From assembly GCF_009914755.1 (NCBI RefSeq), contig NC_060926.1: a DNA stretch of 64,000 nucleotides, one strand, 5' to 3'. Positions within the stretch are counted from its first letter, which is position 1. The number at the start of each line of letters is the position of its first letter. This stretch comes from the human T2T-CHM13v2.0 reference genome, Homo sapiens. The notes under the pieces are model-generated. The model saw only the letters and a list, made by a program, of their open reading frames with translations, had not been told where the DNA came from and made no database searches. Positions 43,641 to 55,940 of this stretch are shown here, piece by piece. A program made the position numbers and the translations under genes.

Positions 43641-46512
43641 ATCTCCTCTACCCGCAAATAAATACTATTATGATGTTGGCAATGTTTTAAATTGGAGCAG
43701 TTGATTTTTATTCCCGTATGCCTGAACCTAGAATCAAATACCTGACGAGATACAGTCCCTTCGAGATCCATCCAGACACAGCACTGTCAGCACTTGGTTT
43801 TTGCACTGATTTAGTTTTCTGAAGCTCATCCTCACATCCCACACCCTCTGACCCCCCAAAACCATTCATGCTTCTCATCAATCTTGACTTTCACAAGACT
43901 CAAGCAATTATTGGGGTAACTGTGCCCCTAAACTGCCCTCTTCCCTCCCCGTGCCCCTAGGAGCACCGGGCTGTCTTGCACGAGCACAGACCCACACATC
44001 TCACGCACCCCTCGTCGTCGGGGAAACAGACTTGGCAGACCCCTCAAGGAGCTCCAAAGGCTGCTTTTTTTAAACCTGCAGAAAACAGAGGAGGTAATTT
44101 AACCCTCCTTTCTGATAAGCTCCCTCACTGTCTTTTGCCCCAACACAAAGGTCCTCATTAGCTTTCACTCGGGGCTTTGAACTCCACACAAAAGCCTTCC
44201 TTCCCCTAACTGCCCGCTGGAGCTGGCGGTGGGGCCGCGGCCAGCGTGTCAGCATTCCCTTTGTTGTCTATTTCTAAGGTGTTTATAACGAAGCCTTTTT
44301 CTGCTCCAAGCTCACCCCCCGTAGGTGAAATCTCAGTCAAGGAGGATATTCTTCAGCTTCCTAAACACCAGCAGCCCCTTTTTTTAAAAGCCTGACAGTT
44401 AACTAAGTTACTTTTGAGTACGACCTGTTTCTAGCACTTTGGGTGGGATAGGCCAATTGAGAGAGATGCTAATTCCCCTGTGGATATGACTAGGCAATCA
44501 CCTCTGTGGAAATGGTGATGTCCTTTTCTCCCGCTGGCCACAACCTACCTGCAAGCTGTGGTCCAAAAAATTACTAGGAAGTTCAACAACTCCAGTGCAA
44601 AATGCATTTGTCCCTCAGAAGCAATGTGTTAGCTGTCCTGTAGATCCCAGGCTAGCCCACAGAATTTGACTTGGTCCCTGGAGCTGCTGGTCTCCCACAC
44701 TAATAACAGTCTCAGAACAGGGCCCAGTTCCAGGAGGAAGGAGAGCAAGAGAGGGAGTGCCCTCCTCCTCTCCAGACAAAGTGGGCATCGGGGGACTGCA
44801 GAAGGGCTGGCATCTGTCTTCAGTCAGTGTTCTCCCCTCGCCGTCTCTGTGCCCCTCTCTCTGTGGGTGCCAGATCCTGACCTCTGACTCCAAAGCCCAC
44901 TAGAAAGCACCCTATCCTGAGGGGCTGGGGACAGATGGGCCATCCCACCCCTCCATTCTCAGCCCATACTAATCTCTGCCCCCCTGTGCCCAAGCCCAGG
45001 GCCCTGTCTGCTCAGTGCAGGTGAGGAGTCAAGTCCCCTGGCTGGGAACCCTTCCAGGGAGAAAGCAACAGGGAACAAAGGCAATGGCTTGCCATCGGCC
45101 TGGCCCTACCGCACTGAGCTAGATGACAGCAGACGGGGCACTGTGCCTCCCTGGTCATTGCCTCCTTTATCAAATGAAGGGATCTGGGCCCTCAACTGTC
45201 TCCTGAAGTCACCTGTGCAGGCATGTGCATTGGTTTAAGAACAAATTTTGTTAACCCAAATGAATCTCCATCCACCTAATAGAGTTTCAGGCAGGAACCT
45301 AAGGCCTGATGAAAACACACGGACCGTAGAAACAGCTTCTTTGAGGCCAGGTTCCCTGAGGTCATCTCTTCTAAGCTGTCCCTGATCACACAGAGTCTCT
45401 CCTTCCCACACCCCCCATATCCTGAAAGTGCCAAGTTTCTCCTGATGGCTCCATGTCAACCATGCCAGAGGCTCCTCAACAGACAAAGTAAAATTAGCGT
45501 GGCCATTTACAAACCCAAGTGCTGGTGAAGCTGGGACCTCCTGTTCTGGGAGCCCCCAATTGTTAAGCCCCATGTCTGCACACAGCTAAGGAAGCTGGCC
45601 TCCCTGTGGCGCATGTGTGGCCGTGACTGTCCCTATGATCAACACCTAGAGTCACAGTTAAGGACTCATCATGTAACTCGGCTTGACCACTATGAATGCC
45701 CTTAACCTCCTGTGTACTATCTTGAGTCTCCTGTGGAACTCATGTGTAAAGCGATCACAGTATTTCTACGGGAACTCCAAGAAACCACTGGAATTCTTAG
45801 TGCCTTTGAGTTTGACCTACTGTATTTTAAGTCCACTCAGGATGGTAAGGAAGATGATGGTCCAGGAAACAAATGTTTTACTTTATAACAGATCTGCTCT
45901 GTGTTCGCTTTTAATAGAAAGATATAGACAATATATGCTCAATACATATTCCATAAGTGAATGCTTACCATTCTATATACAGGCAACTTTCCCATAATTC
46001 ACTATTCCGTATAGCACGGTGTTTCTACAAGGATAATAGAGCATCATTCGAAGAGTAGCACAGCCTCACTTAAAAGTCTTGCCAGAGATTAGAACGGGCG
46101 CCCAATGGCAGCCCCATGGCTGTTCTATTAGCATGTCACCCGCCCATGCAGCTAAGCATATGCAAACCTTGAATGCAGCTGTTTGCATCAGCATCCAAGA
46201 CAGAGGTGATTCTCCAAGGTGTGGACTGCTTCGGCTTCTCGTTTCCTTCTGCTGCTGTCCCTCACCCAGCCTGGCCGCTGGACAAAAAGGGAATACGCAA
46301 CACCATTGGAGTTATGGAGGAAGAGACTGAAACTGCACCGATCTGGAATTTGGAGTGGACTTGCCCATCCTTCAGCAGGCTCTCAGTAATCTCCTCCACC
46401 AGCGTGCGTTCACCACATGGCTCTGGCCCCAACGCCACCAGGCTGGACACTGGGGAGTTAGAATGTTTAAAGTGTGGTGTCCATCACCCTACAGCAGGTA
46501 ATTGATCTGGTT

Positions 46513-46725
46513 CAATGGTTCTCAACCAGGGGCAATTTTGGCCTGCAAGGGATACTTGGCAATGTCTGGAGATGTTTTTGGTAGTCACAACGGGAGGGTA
46601 TGCTACTGGCAACCAGGGGATGAAGGCCACGGATGCTGTTAAACATCCTACAAGACAGAGGACAGCCCCCACAACAAAAAATTATCGGGTCCAACATGTC
46701 AATGGTGACAAGGTTGAGAACCCCT
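46513..46725 (+). mobile_element. MER20 (hAT-Charlie)
   Basis: caatggttctcaaccaggggcaatttt...ttggcaatgtctggaga...aggttgagaaccc terminal motifs. Confidence 0.9.
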
Positions 46726-49700
46726 CCGGCAAAGCGGGCTCACCTGGGAACCACAGGTACGATGTTAGACACCCTATAACCAGCTGTTGATCATGAGAGC
46801 CACGGAAGCTCAGAGGAAAGGGAGGCTGTTAGGGTGGCTGCAGCTACACGCCTCATTTCGGGGCCTCCATTTCCCCTTCTCTAAAATAGGAGTATTGAAG
46901 GTTGTGCTTATTCATGACCACGGCTGGGGATGTTTTTGCCCCTTCCTCTCTTAGACATAAAAATCTCTTTCTACTCTCACAGTTTTAAATTAGGAATATT
47001 TGGTGGTGTGATCGTGTATGTTTAAAGCCAAACAGAAATTTCCTGTTTCCCAGCACAAAATAAAATTCAAGTTTATAAAAGAGCCTGTAAAATCTCATAA
47101 TCAAGCCCATTAGCCAGGCAAAATGCTCCACTTTGATTTTGTGGTGTTTAGCTTTCTTTTCTTAGCACCACTTCATTAGCGCGCTTTTAATGGATGTTCT
47201 CCAGCCTGCTTCTTGAAATTGCTGAAAAAGAAAACACACGATTCTAAAGCTCAAGACACAAGAGAAATATTCCTTCCCCCTTAAATATGGAGGCCGGGAG
47301 ACCGCAGAGCGTAGGGAGACACATGGGATCTAGCATGGCCCCACCACCAGGTCTTCCGGGCGCGTCGGAATCCTCGGCCGCATTTTTGCTCACTGGCCTC
47401 ATTGCCAGTGGGCTCACTAATTTTCAGCTCTTTGCTGCTTCAGCGGACCAGATTTTCTTGATTAATAACAAAAGGTTTTGTTGGGATCAGAGCTGTTTCC
47501 CACCATCTCTATGCAAACCCCGGCAACACAAACTGTGTACATTAACATTTCAAGGCGCTTCCTATTAAGGATGGCAAGAAAAGCCTCTCTTGGTGGGTAA
47601 AATCCATTTTGTCCTCTCTTGTGACATCTGTTCTAACTTTTAAAGCAGAAAGGAAGCTAGATAATGCCAGAGAGTCCTTTGATTTACAGTACTTGCCCTT
47701 CGGACGCCACCCTGCTCTCTGAAAGCACCTAACCTTTCTTTTCTGGATGTACGCAGGCACCGACGTGAGAATCTGCACATTCCCTTCACACTGGAGAACT
47801 TCAGAAGTAATTCTGAACTTGTCTTTCAAACTTTTAATTGTCTTTTTCATGATTTCTTAATTACATTTTCAATTACTTCTAAACCTCACAACACTGAGTC
47901 TTTGAAACTCCAATTTTTAACAGCACAAAATTTTAATGTTTATTGCTACATATGTTATTGTGTTTCATCTCTAATTCCCCTCAAAGCTAATTTTGCTTTA
48001 GTAGAATGAGAAATTGCAGCAAATTTAGTTAGGCAACTGAAATATGTACACAAATACAGAGGAACCCCCGCAAGTGATAGAATAAAAAGGAGAAGAAGAG
48101 AAGCCCAGCGGAGTCCCGGTCCCCTCCTACCATCTGTGCTGCAAGCTCTGGGGTCCCTTACATTGGTCATCCTGAAACAAAGCTGAAGGCAGATTCCAGC
48201 CGGTTTTCCATTCACTATTCATTCAGAGGTCCACCCGCTCCATATGCATTCAGCCAACTGCTGTGTTAAATCAGGGCCTTCTCCCAGAATTGACATGGTA
48301 ATGAAATCATGGTGTTGCTCAGTGAAAAGACCGCCATAGGTATGCCCCTCTCTTGACAAATCCACCCTTTCACCCCATTGAGGCCTGAAAATTATCTCAT
48401 AACATCACAACATCTGTGCACAGAGGCCTGCCTTTTGGAGCTGGGCATGTTTATTGCTCGGTTGAGTCTCCTGCACTGGCTCTCTCAGGATAGGGCAGGC
48501 TGCCACTCAGCTTGGTCCAGCCACTCCTGGGCATTAGCCTAGCAGCCCCAGGCTTCCCTCCTGCTTTTCCCACAGCCTGCGTGCTCCCAAAGCCTCGGGG
48601 CCCAGAAATGCTGACGTCTGGATGCCGCATGCCAGGAATTTTAGTGGGATCATTTTCAGGTGTTAAAGGTGGACTACAGAGCTCAACTAGTTCATGTATA
48701 CTTGCTGTCAGAAAACCTTATAATTAGTCCGGCAAAGAAAACCAGACAAAAAGTGTGAGGTTTCTGGGGTGGGAGGAGCTGAAAGTGAGGAGAAGTTAGC
48801 TAATGAATTTTGGTCAGACTCTAGCAAATGACATTTGCTTAACTAATAAGTGTATATGAACTTTATTTAACTGGCCTAGGTCAATAAAATGCTTCTACAG
48901 GGAGCAGCGAGGTTGGGGGAACATATAGTTTGCACAATCTGCAAGCTATATGTGTTCTGCCCCGATACAATGATTCCATTTCATTTGATTTGACATTTAA
49001 GAGCCCTTTTTAGAAGGAAAATGAATATTTCTGTATTTTATTTGCTATAACCTCACTTGACTCTGCACATAGCTGAGAATAAATGTCACATTCATTGCAC
49101 TGCAAACAGTTGTGTGCTATCCTGGAGAGGGGTCACATGGTGTTGGGGGGGTGTTATTAGCCCCCCCGATAAGTGCTCACAGGGTGTGTCTGTGGCCCAT
49201 ATGGGCTCTGGGTGCCCGGACTTGTTTTGCTTTCTTCCCCTGTGTCCACATCTGAGCAAGGATTTGGATAAAATGTTCCTGATTACATATGAGATGCATT
49301 TTTGCCTGATAACAGGGATACACAGAGCGTCTCTTTCATTCAGGTGTCCAGGAGGCCCTGCTTCCACTGCAGGGAACAGAGAGACAGGCCAGCTTGACCT
49401 GGGCTTTTCCAGCGTCCATTCCCATACCACCTGGCCTTGACCACCTTGCTAAAGCTTGAAGGTCAAAACTGAGCCATTTTGATCACTTCCTGGTCACAGG
49501 ACTAGGAAATGCCTCGCTGGTGGATATTTTCCTTTCAGTTGTCTTTAAAAGGAGTACTCTGCCTGTTGGGGTCACTCCCAGAAATAACGTCTTGCCAGCT
49601 CTCTGGGTGTCCTTTAGCCCAGTCAAGTTGACTCATGAACTTAACCATCACATGCTCAGCTAGGCTTCTAAAGCAGCGCTTCACAGACATGCCTACACAT

Positions 49701-50021
49701 CCAATACTGATGGGGTCCCACCCCAGTCTGGGGTGCAGCCTGGACCAAGAGTCAGGGTTCTGGGGTGCAGATCTGGTCACTGTACTGTCCGTTCCCAAAG
49801 CCCTTCAGAGACTTCCTGCTGTACCACCACCCATGTGCCAACCCCTTCATCAGGGCCCCCACCACTCTGGGCTCATCTCCCATCACATCTCATCCCTCCC
49901 CACTGCCCGTCGCCTCTAGGGTCCTTAGGAAAAGGACCCTGTCCTGGGCCCTGAGCTTTTGAGGGCTTAGCTTCAGCCCACATCTGGCTGAGCCCTTCCC
50001 AACCTGGCTACGGACTGAATC

Positions 50022-50395
50022 AGTTATGGATTGAATTGTTTTCCCCCAAAATCCATATGCTGAAGTCCTGACCCCCAGAATCTCACAGTATGACCTTATT
50101 TGGGGATCAGGTTTTCACAAAGATAATCAAGTTAAAGTGAGGTCATTAGGGTGGGCCCTACCTAATATGACTGGTGGCCTTATAGAAAAAGGAAAGTAGG
50201 ACACAGACACATAAAAGGAAGACAATGTGAAGAGACACAGGGAGAAGATGGCCACCTCCAAGCCAAGGACAGAGGTGCTCTGAAAAGCCAATCCTGCCAG
50301 ACCTGCAGCCTCCAGAACTATGAGGCAAGGGCTTCCTGTTGCTCAAGCCTGGCGGTTTGTGGTGCTTTGTAAAGTGGGTAGTCCTAGCAAAGCCA
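50022..50395 (+). mobile_element. MLT1B-type LTR
   Basis: gttatggattgaattg...gaggtcattagggtgggccct...gggagaagatggcc...cagcctccagaactatgag. Confidence 0.87.
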
Positions 50396-50599
50396 GGCAG
50401 GATCTGCAGGGTCGGCCCACAGGAAGCCCGTGCCCCAACTTCTACACCATGCCCTAGGCACCTCGGAGCCCAGAAATCTCTGCCCAAAGGGCCTGGCCCC
50501 ATTGCCAAGGCCTGGGCAGGTTCCTTCCTGGAAGCGTCCTCCCAGGGCGGGCCGCACTCCAAGGCTGCACTCCAAGAACCAGCTCTTGGAGGAGGGTGG

Positions 50600-51600
50600 G
50601 GCAGGAGCTTGGGTTTGAGAGCTGAGAACCCGCAGGCCGCTTGCAGGACCTTAGCCATGGCAGAAAAACCAGCCCCAGAGGCGGGCAGGGGACGATGGGA
50701 CACACCAGGGACCTCACTGGCCCGGTGCCCTGGGCCCCGTGACCACCAGGGGGCCCCCTCCGCCCCACGCTCCCTGGTGGCCGCGTCATTCCTCCTCAAG
50801 CCGAGTGAGGAGGGCAGGGAAAGTCACCCCGGCTGCTGCCCCCATCTCGTCCCACGAGAAGGAGCAGAAGGAGCAGCTGTAGGTCTAGAATCGCATCCTG
50901 ACTCCTCAAGTTTCCCATCGCGCTCCTTCTTCAGCTTCACTGCTCAGCCCCGACCTGGCTTTCTGCCCCATCGCTGTGCCCTCTGACCCCCAGCCCCTCC
51001 GACAAGCACCGAGGCTCCGCCCTCTGTCCGAGGCCCTGTGAGCACGGCGCGGGAAGTCAGCAGGGTGGGGCGGCTGCCCCTCGGTGCCAGGGCATGGGAG
51101 CCTCAGGTGGGGCTACTACAAAGTGCGACTGGGGCGGAGGCGCCGAGAAGCCACGCGGGCTCCTGTTCCCGGACCGCACCGCTGGGGCGAGGCTACCGAG
51201 TCACCACGACCCCCAGGCCAGCCCAGGCCACGGGTGACTCCTGGGGGCTGCCCGCGGCCCGCCCGCCCGCCTGGGGAGGAACCCAGAGGAGCCCCGTGGG
51301 CCATGTGCCTGTTCCCAAACTGCGATCCATGCCAGGCTCCGCACCCCCGGGCACGGCGACGTCCTGGCCTCAGCCTGGAGCCGACAGCAGGGCCACGGCC
51401 ATGGCCTCCGAGAGGGCAGCTGCCGAGACGGTGGCCGGGGCTCTGACATGCGCCCTGCTCTGCCCTTGGCCCCTTCCCCGGGATCTGTCCGTGTGCCCGG
51501 AGCGCCTACGAGGCCCCAGTGGAGTCACGGCCCCGGAAAGCGCTGCCCCTGCGCCTCAGCCCCAGTAAAGGCTGTTGGTTCCTCCCGGCGCAGCCCTTCA
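50600..51600. promoter_or_regulatory. CpG island-like GC-rich segment with two CTCF-like motifs
   Basis: About 50 CpGs in 51001-51600 by hand count, roughly 70% GC; GC boxes; tgaccaccagggggcccc (50740-50757, +) and gcggccaccagggagcgt (50767-50784, -). Confidence 0.7.
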
Positions 51601-51659
51601 AAAGCGCCCACGTTCCTCCCTGTTCAGGCCACATACTAATTTTAAAAGAAAAAAACACA

Positions 51660-52285
51660 ACCCCCCAACTGTCAAAATAAGGTATTTATATTTTAGTGAG
51701 TCATGTTAATATGTGCTCCAAAATGGTAGGGGCCTCCTCAAATCCTGCTGTCGGAGTGTGTGTTCTCAATCATAATTAAGGTTACTGTTAGGTTCTTGGA
51801 GACTACAGAGGCAACCAGTTCTTTATCCATTGTGTTTTTGACTGTGACTAGCCTAGGACATTTTGACGTTCGGACAAGTGTTGTCTAGTTTTGACACTCT
51901 TCAAAGGACCGTCTTCAGCCCTCAGTGTAGGTTTCTGATAACTGAAGATTTTGAACAGGAGTTGACCTGGTGAACTGAACCAGTGGAAGAGTGAAGTCAT
52001 CTTCTTTTGACTTTTTGGGACATGGTTGATCCTTTGTTTTGTCTTCCAGAATCGAGGAAGCTTTTCTTTTAAGCTGTTTGTAGCTTTTGGCCATTGTGGG
52101 GGTGAACTAACCAGTGGTCTGTGACTACAGTTCAGAAGAAACAGGTGGGCCATCAAACTCCAAATGGCCATGCAAATGGCGGACGATGGCTCTCTACACT
52201 GGGGACCCTAGATAGGCCTCTAAGTTAAGAGCAGTCATCGTCCCTATCCTAACGGCCATTAGATGTACCTCTTCAGAGCAGGGAT
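51660..52285 (+). mobile_element. ERV1 MER4-group (MER52-int-like) internal fragment
   Basis: atgttaatatgtg...tcaatcataattaaggtt...gatcctttgttttg MER4-int-like text; env-end remnant gccatcaaactccaaatgg; purine tract abutting the LTR. Confidence 0.75.
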
Positions 52286-53763
52286 TGATGGCAGCAACAA
52301 GCATGTGGTGTGGCACTACCATCACACCAGCTGCTGCAGGGAGGGTGCAGGTAGGAGGTGGACAGGGCCCCCCACAGCCCACTGCCCTGGGGGTGGCTGC
52401 AAGGGGCCGAGCCCAATCCCGTTCAGGAGGGGGAGCAGTGCAGCAGGGGAGCAGCATGGCTGGGCAGAAAGGGGCCCCAGTGCAGAGCTGGGGCTGCACT
52501 TTGGGGATCCAGGACAGGAAGTGGAAGTGGCAACCACTTTTGGGACCTGGCCAGTGGCACAGCCACTGTGCCCACACCGCCTAGGGTGCCAGGTTCCTGC
52601 ACTTCAGAAGAAGGCTCTACACAGGCCATCCAGGGCCGGGTCCCTGGGGTCTGCCCTGAGTCAAGATGGCTGCCAAGCTTGCCACTTCTGATGGCCGAGC
52701 CCAGGGCCCGAGATCCACTCCATCCCAGGCCATCCTGGAGCACAAGGGCAATGGGGAGAGCTCATGGAGATGTCGCCCCTGCCCCGGACACTGGCTTGGG
52801 GCCCAGCAAGGATCAGGAGCCCCCAGCCCATGCTGCAAGGGGGCACAGCTGGGGCTGCATGCTCCATGGAGCCAGCAGGAGCCAGGAGCAGGCAGCAGCC
52901 CCGTCCTCACAGGCATGGCTGCAGCTGCCCAAGCCAGGCAGTAGACCTGGGCCTCCCGTGGTCTTGGAGGGCCAGGAACAGGCAGGAGCCCTGCCCTCCC
53001 AGGTGCCACTGCAGCCACCCAAACCAGCGGCTTCAGCCTCAGGCATCTCTGCACTCTTGGGGACCTGGGAAGGCCCTCCTGCCCTTGCAGGCTCAGAAGT
53101 GCCTGCTCCAGCTGCCTGGCTTCTCCCTGCTATTGATACCTGCTCCGATCTTGGAGCAAAGTCTGGGCCAAGCTGGGGTGCCATGAACAGCAGCAGGAAG
53201 CAGACAGATTCCTGGGTGGAAGGAGGCAGGTCCCTGGAAAGACCCCATCTTCAGGCCAAGGGCTGCCAGATCCCTGCACCAGAGTGGAGGAATGTGGTGC
53301 CTTTTTTGACCCCACCCATGGCCATGCATGAACCAATCAGCATGTACCTCCTCCCCTCTGAGGTCCATAAAAGCCCCAGGCTCAGCCAGAGCAGGGTAGA
53401 GGACAGAGAGGATGGAAAGATGACTGGGCACTGGAGGACCAACTGCAGAGATGATCTACCCTCTCTGCTGAGAGCTGGAAAGTCAATGGGGACCTGCCTG
53501 CAGAGAGGAACCACCATCTCCAGGGCCTCCTTTCTGCTGCTTGCTGAACACTGGACAAGACTACCTGCCTACAGAAGGAACTGCCCCCTGCAGCCTCCTC
53601 AGAGCTGCTCTAACACTCAATAAAGCTTCTCTTTGTCTTGCTCACCCTCCACTTGTCTGCATACCTCATTCTTCCTGGATACAGGACAAGAACTTGGGCA
53701 AAGGCGCCACCAGCCACAGAGGTTTCTGGCCAGAAAAGCAACCCCCTAAAAGATCCTGTAACA
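52286..53763 (+). mobile_element. MER52 LTR (~1.5 kb)
   Basis: Starts TGATGGCAGC, ends ...gatcctgtaaCA; GC-rich U3, CCAAT (~53333), cataaaa (~53367), AATAAA 53619-53624. Confidence 0.85.
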
Positions 53764-54189
53764 CAGTGAGGGCCCTGCCTTGACTTCAGAGCCACTGCCT
53801 CCTAAGTGGCCTAGAAGCTTCTTGGGGACACATTTTCCTCCAGGGGATGAGGTTCACTGATGCCTGTTCTGGGTCTCTCCACCTTTACCCTGCACGTATC
53901 CTTCCTTCCATGGAACTTCCTTCCATGAGCTTCCTTCCAGTCACTCATGTCCTGCACAGCAAGGCAGTAGGCCTATAAGTGGAAGTTGGTGCACAGCACC
54001 CCTTGTGCACATGTGAGGGGCATTTGCTGGGGGACATGGCCCCATGCAACTCCACAACTCCCCTGTTCCCCATGAAAAACCCAAAATGTGCACCCTCATC
54101 TCAGACCTCCCCTTAGGACCCCAAATTCTCTCTGGTGAAATTGTCAGCCACCTTCCTCTGGAAATCCCCTTTCCAAAGATCCCCTTTGT

Positions 54190-54595
54190 GGGCTTAGCTG
54201 TCAGAAGCATAGCTTTGCCCTTGCTCCCGTCGCAGGGGGGTCCACATCCCCTGAATCTGGGCTGGCCTGTGGCTGCTATAGCTGCTGCAATTGAGCAAAG
54301 TGAGGCAGTGGGATGACGGCAGCCTCCACCTTTGCCATCTTGGAAGACAGGTGCCACGTACGGAAACCCAGGGTGGACTCGGGATGATAAAAGTCCACAC
54401 AAAGAGCCCCCTTTATGGCCTTTATGGCCCGGCTCCCCAGCAGCAGCCTTGAGGCCCCCAGAGGCCTCTTGGTCTCTAGCAGGTCAGGCTGTCTCGAATT
54501 GCTGACCCACACACCAACCCCTGAAGCGGCTGTTATGCCAGGCTGTTACATTTTGGGCAGGGGGTGGGGGCTCTGTCATACAGTAACGGATAACT
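54190..54595 (+). mobile_element. Old MLT1 (G/H-like) LTR remnant
   Basis: cccctgaatctgggctggcctgtggctgc...gaattgctgacccac...tgtcatacagtaacggataac. Confidence 0.45.
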
Positions 54596-54892
54596 CAACC
54601 ATCCTTGGCAGGCCCCAATCATCTCTTGGATTCCAATTTGCCAGTGTTTGTGTTTTGGTTTTCGCTTTCCCCATTTTATGACCTCCCTAAATCATTGCTC
54701 ACTGCTTCCCTGAAGTCCAGCATATAATAGTCAATCTGTGCACTGGAGTCTCAGAATAAAACCCATTTATCTTCCTTAAGCATTCCAGAGCAGTAAAACT
54801 AAAAATATTAGCAAGTTACTTTGGCTAGAATTACCAATAGTCTTCCCATAACATTTAACTTCCTATTTCTTTAACCTGAGTTTAAAGAAAAC

Positions 54893-55940
54893 ATATACAT
54901 ATATGTTTATATATAAATGTATATATTTATATGTATATAAATTAAAAATTATAATTTGTACATAATATATATTTATTTTATACATAACATATATTTTACA
55001 TGTAACATAAATTATACATTGATACATTATATATGTGTACATATATGTGTATGTATGAGCGTATAACGTATGTGTGTATATGTGTATAGGTATAATGTGC
55101 ATATATATGTGCATATATTATATATGCATGTGTGTATATATGTATGAGTGTATAACATGTATATATATATATATGTGTGTAGGTATAACGTGTATATATA
55201 TATACATGTGCATATATGTATGATTGTATAACATGTGTACATTATGTGTATATATTTATGTGTATATGTATAACATGTGTATATATTATATATGCATGTG
55301 TGTATGTATATGTGTGTATATATTACATGTGTGTAACATGTGTATATATTACATATATGCATGTGTGTATCCGTGTATGACATGTGTATATTATATATGT
55401 GTCTATATACTATATGTGTATAACGTGTATATATATGTATATTATACATGCATGTGTATATATGTGTATGTGTATATTATTTCTATATATGTGTATATGT
55501 ACGTGTATATGTGCACATGTGTATATATGTATGAGTATAACGTGTATATGTGTGTATATAACATGTGTATATGTATGTGTATATATGTATATATTATATG
55601 TGTGTACGTATGTGTATGTGTGTATATGTGTGTATGTATGTGTATGTGCGTATATGTGATTATATGCATATGTGTATGTGTATAGCATGTGTATTACATA
55701 TGTGTGTATATGTGTATAACTTGTGTGTATAGATGTATATATTACATATACGCATGTGTATATATGTATGTGTATATTACATGTGTATATGTATAACGTG
55801 TATATATGTGTATATATTATATATGCATGTGTATATGTATGTGTATAATGTGTATATTGTGTGTATATAATATATATGTCTAATATGTGTGTATATATAT
55901 TATATATGTGCATGCACACACACACACACACACACACACA
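54893..55940. repeat. ~1 kb (TA)/(TATG)/(TG) simple-repeat field ending in (CA)n
   Basis: Alternating purine-pyrimidine units with recurrent gtataac(a/g)tg; source of the Tyr/Ile/His pseudo-ORFs. Confidence 0.97.

Noticed and set aside
52358-53623. 421-aa ORF, the longest in the window
   Set aside because: Lies wholly in the GC-rich MER52 LTR, starts at a non-ATG codon, has overlapping ORFs in other frames and no recognisable domain
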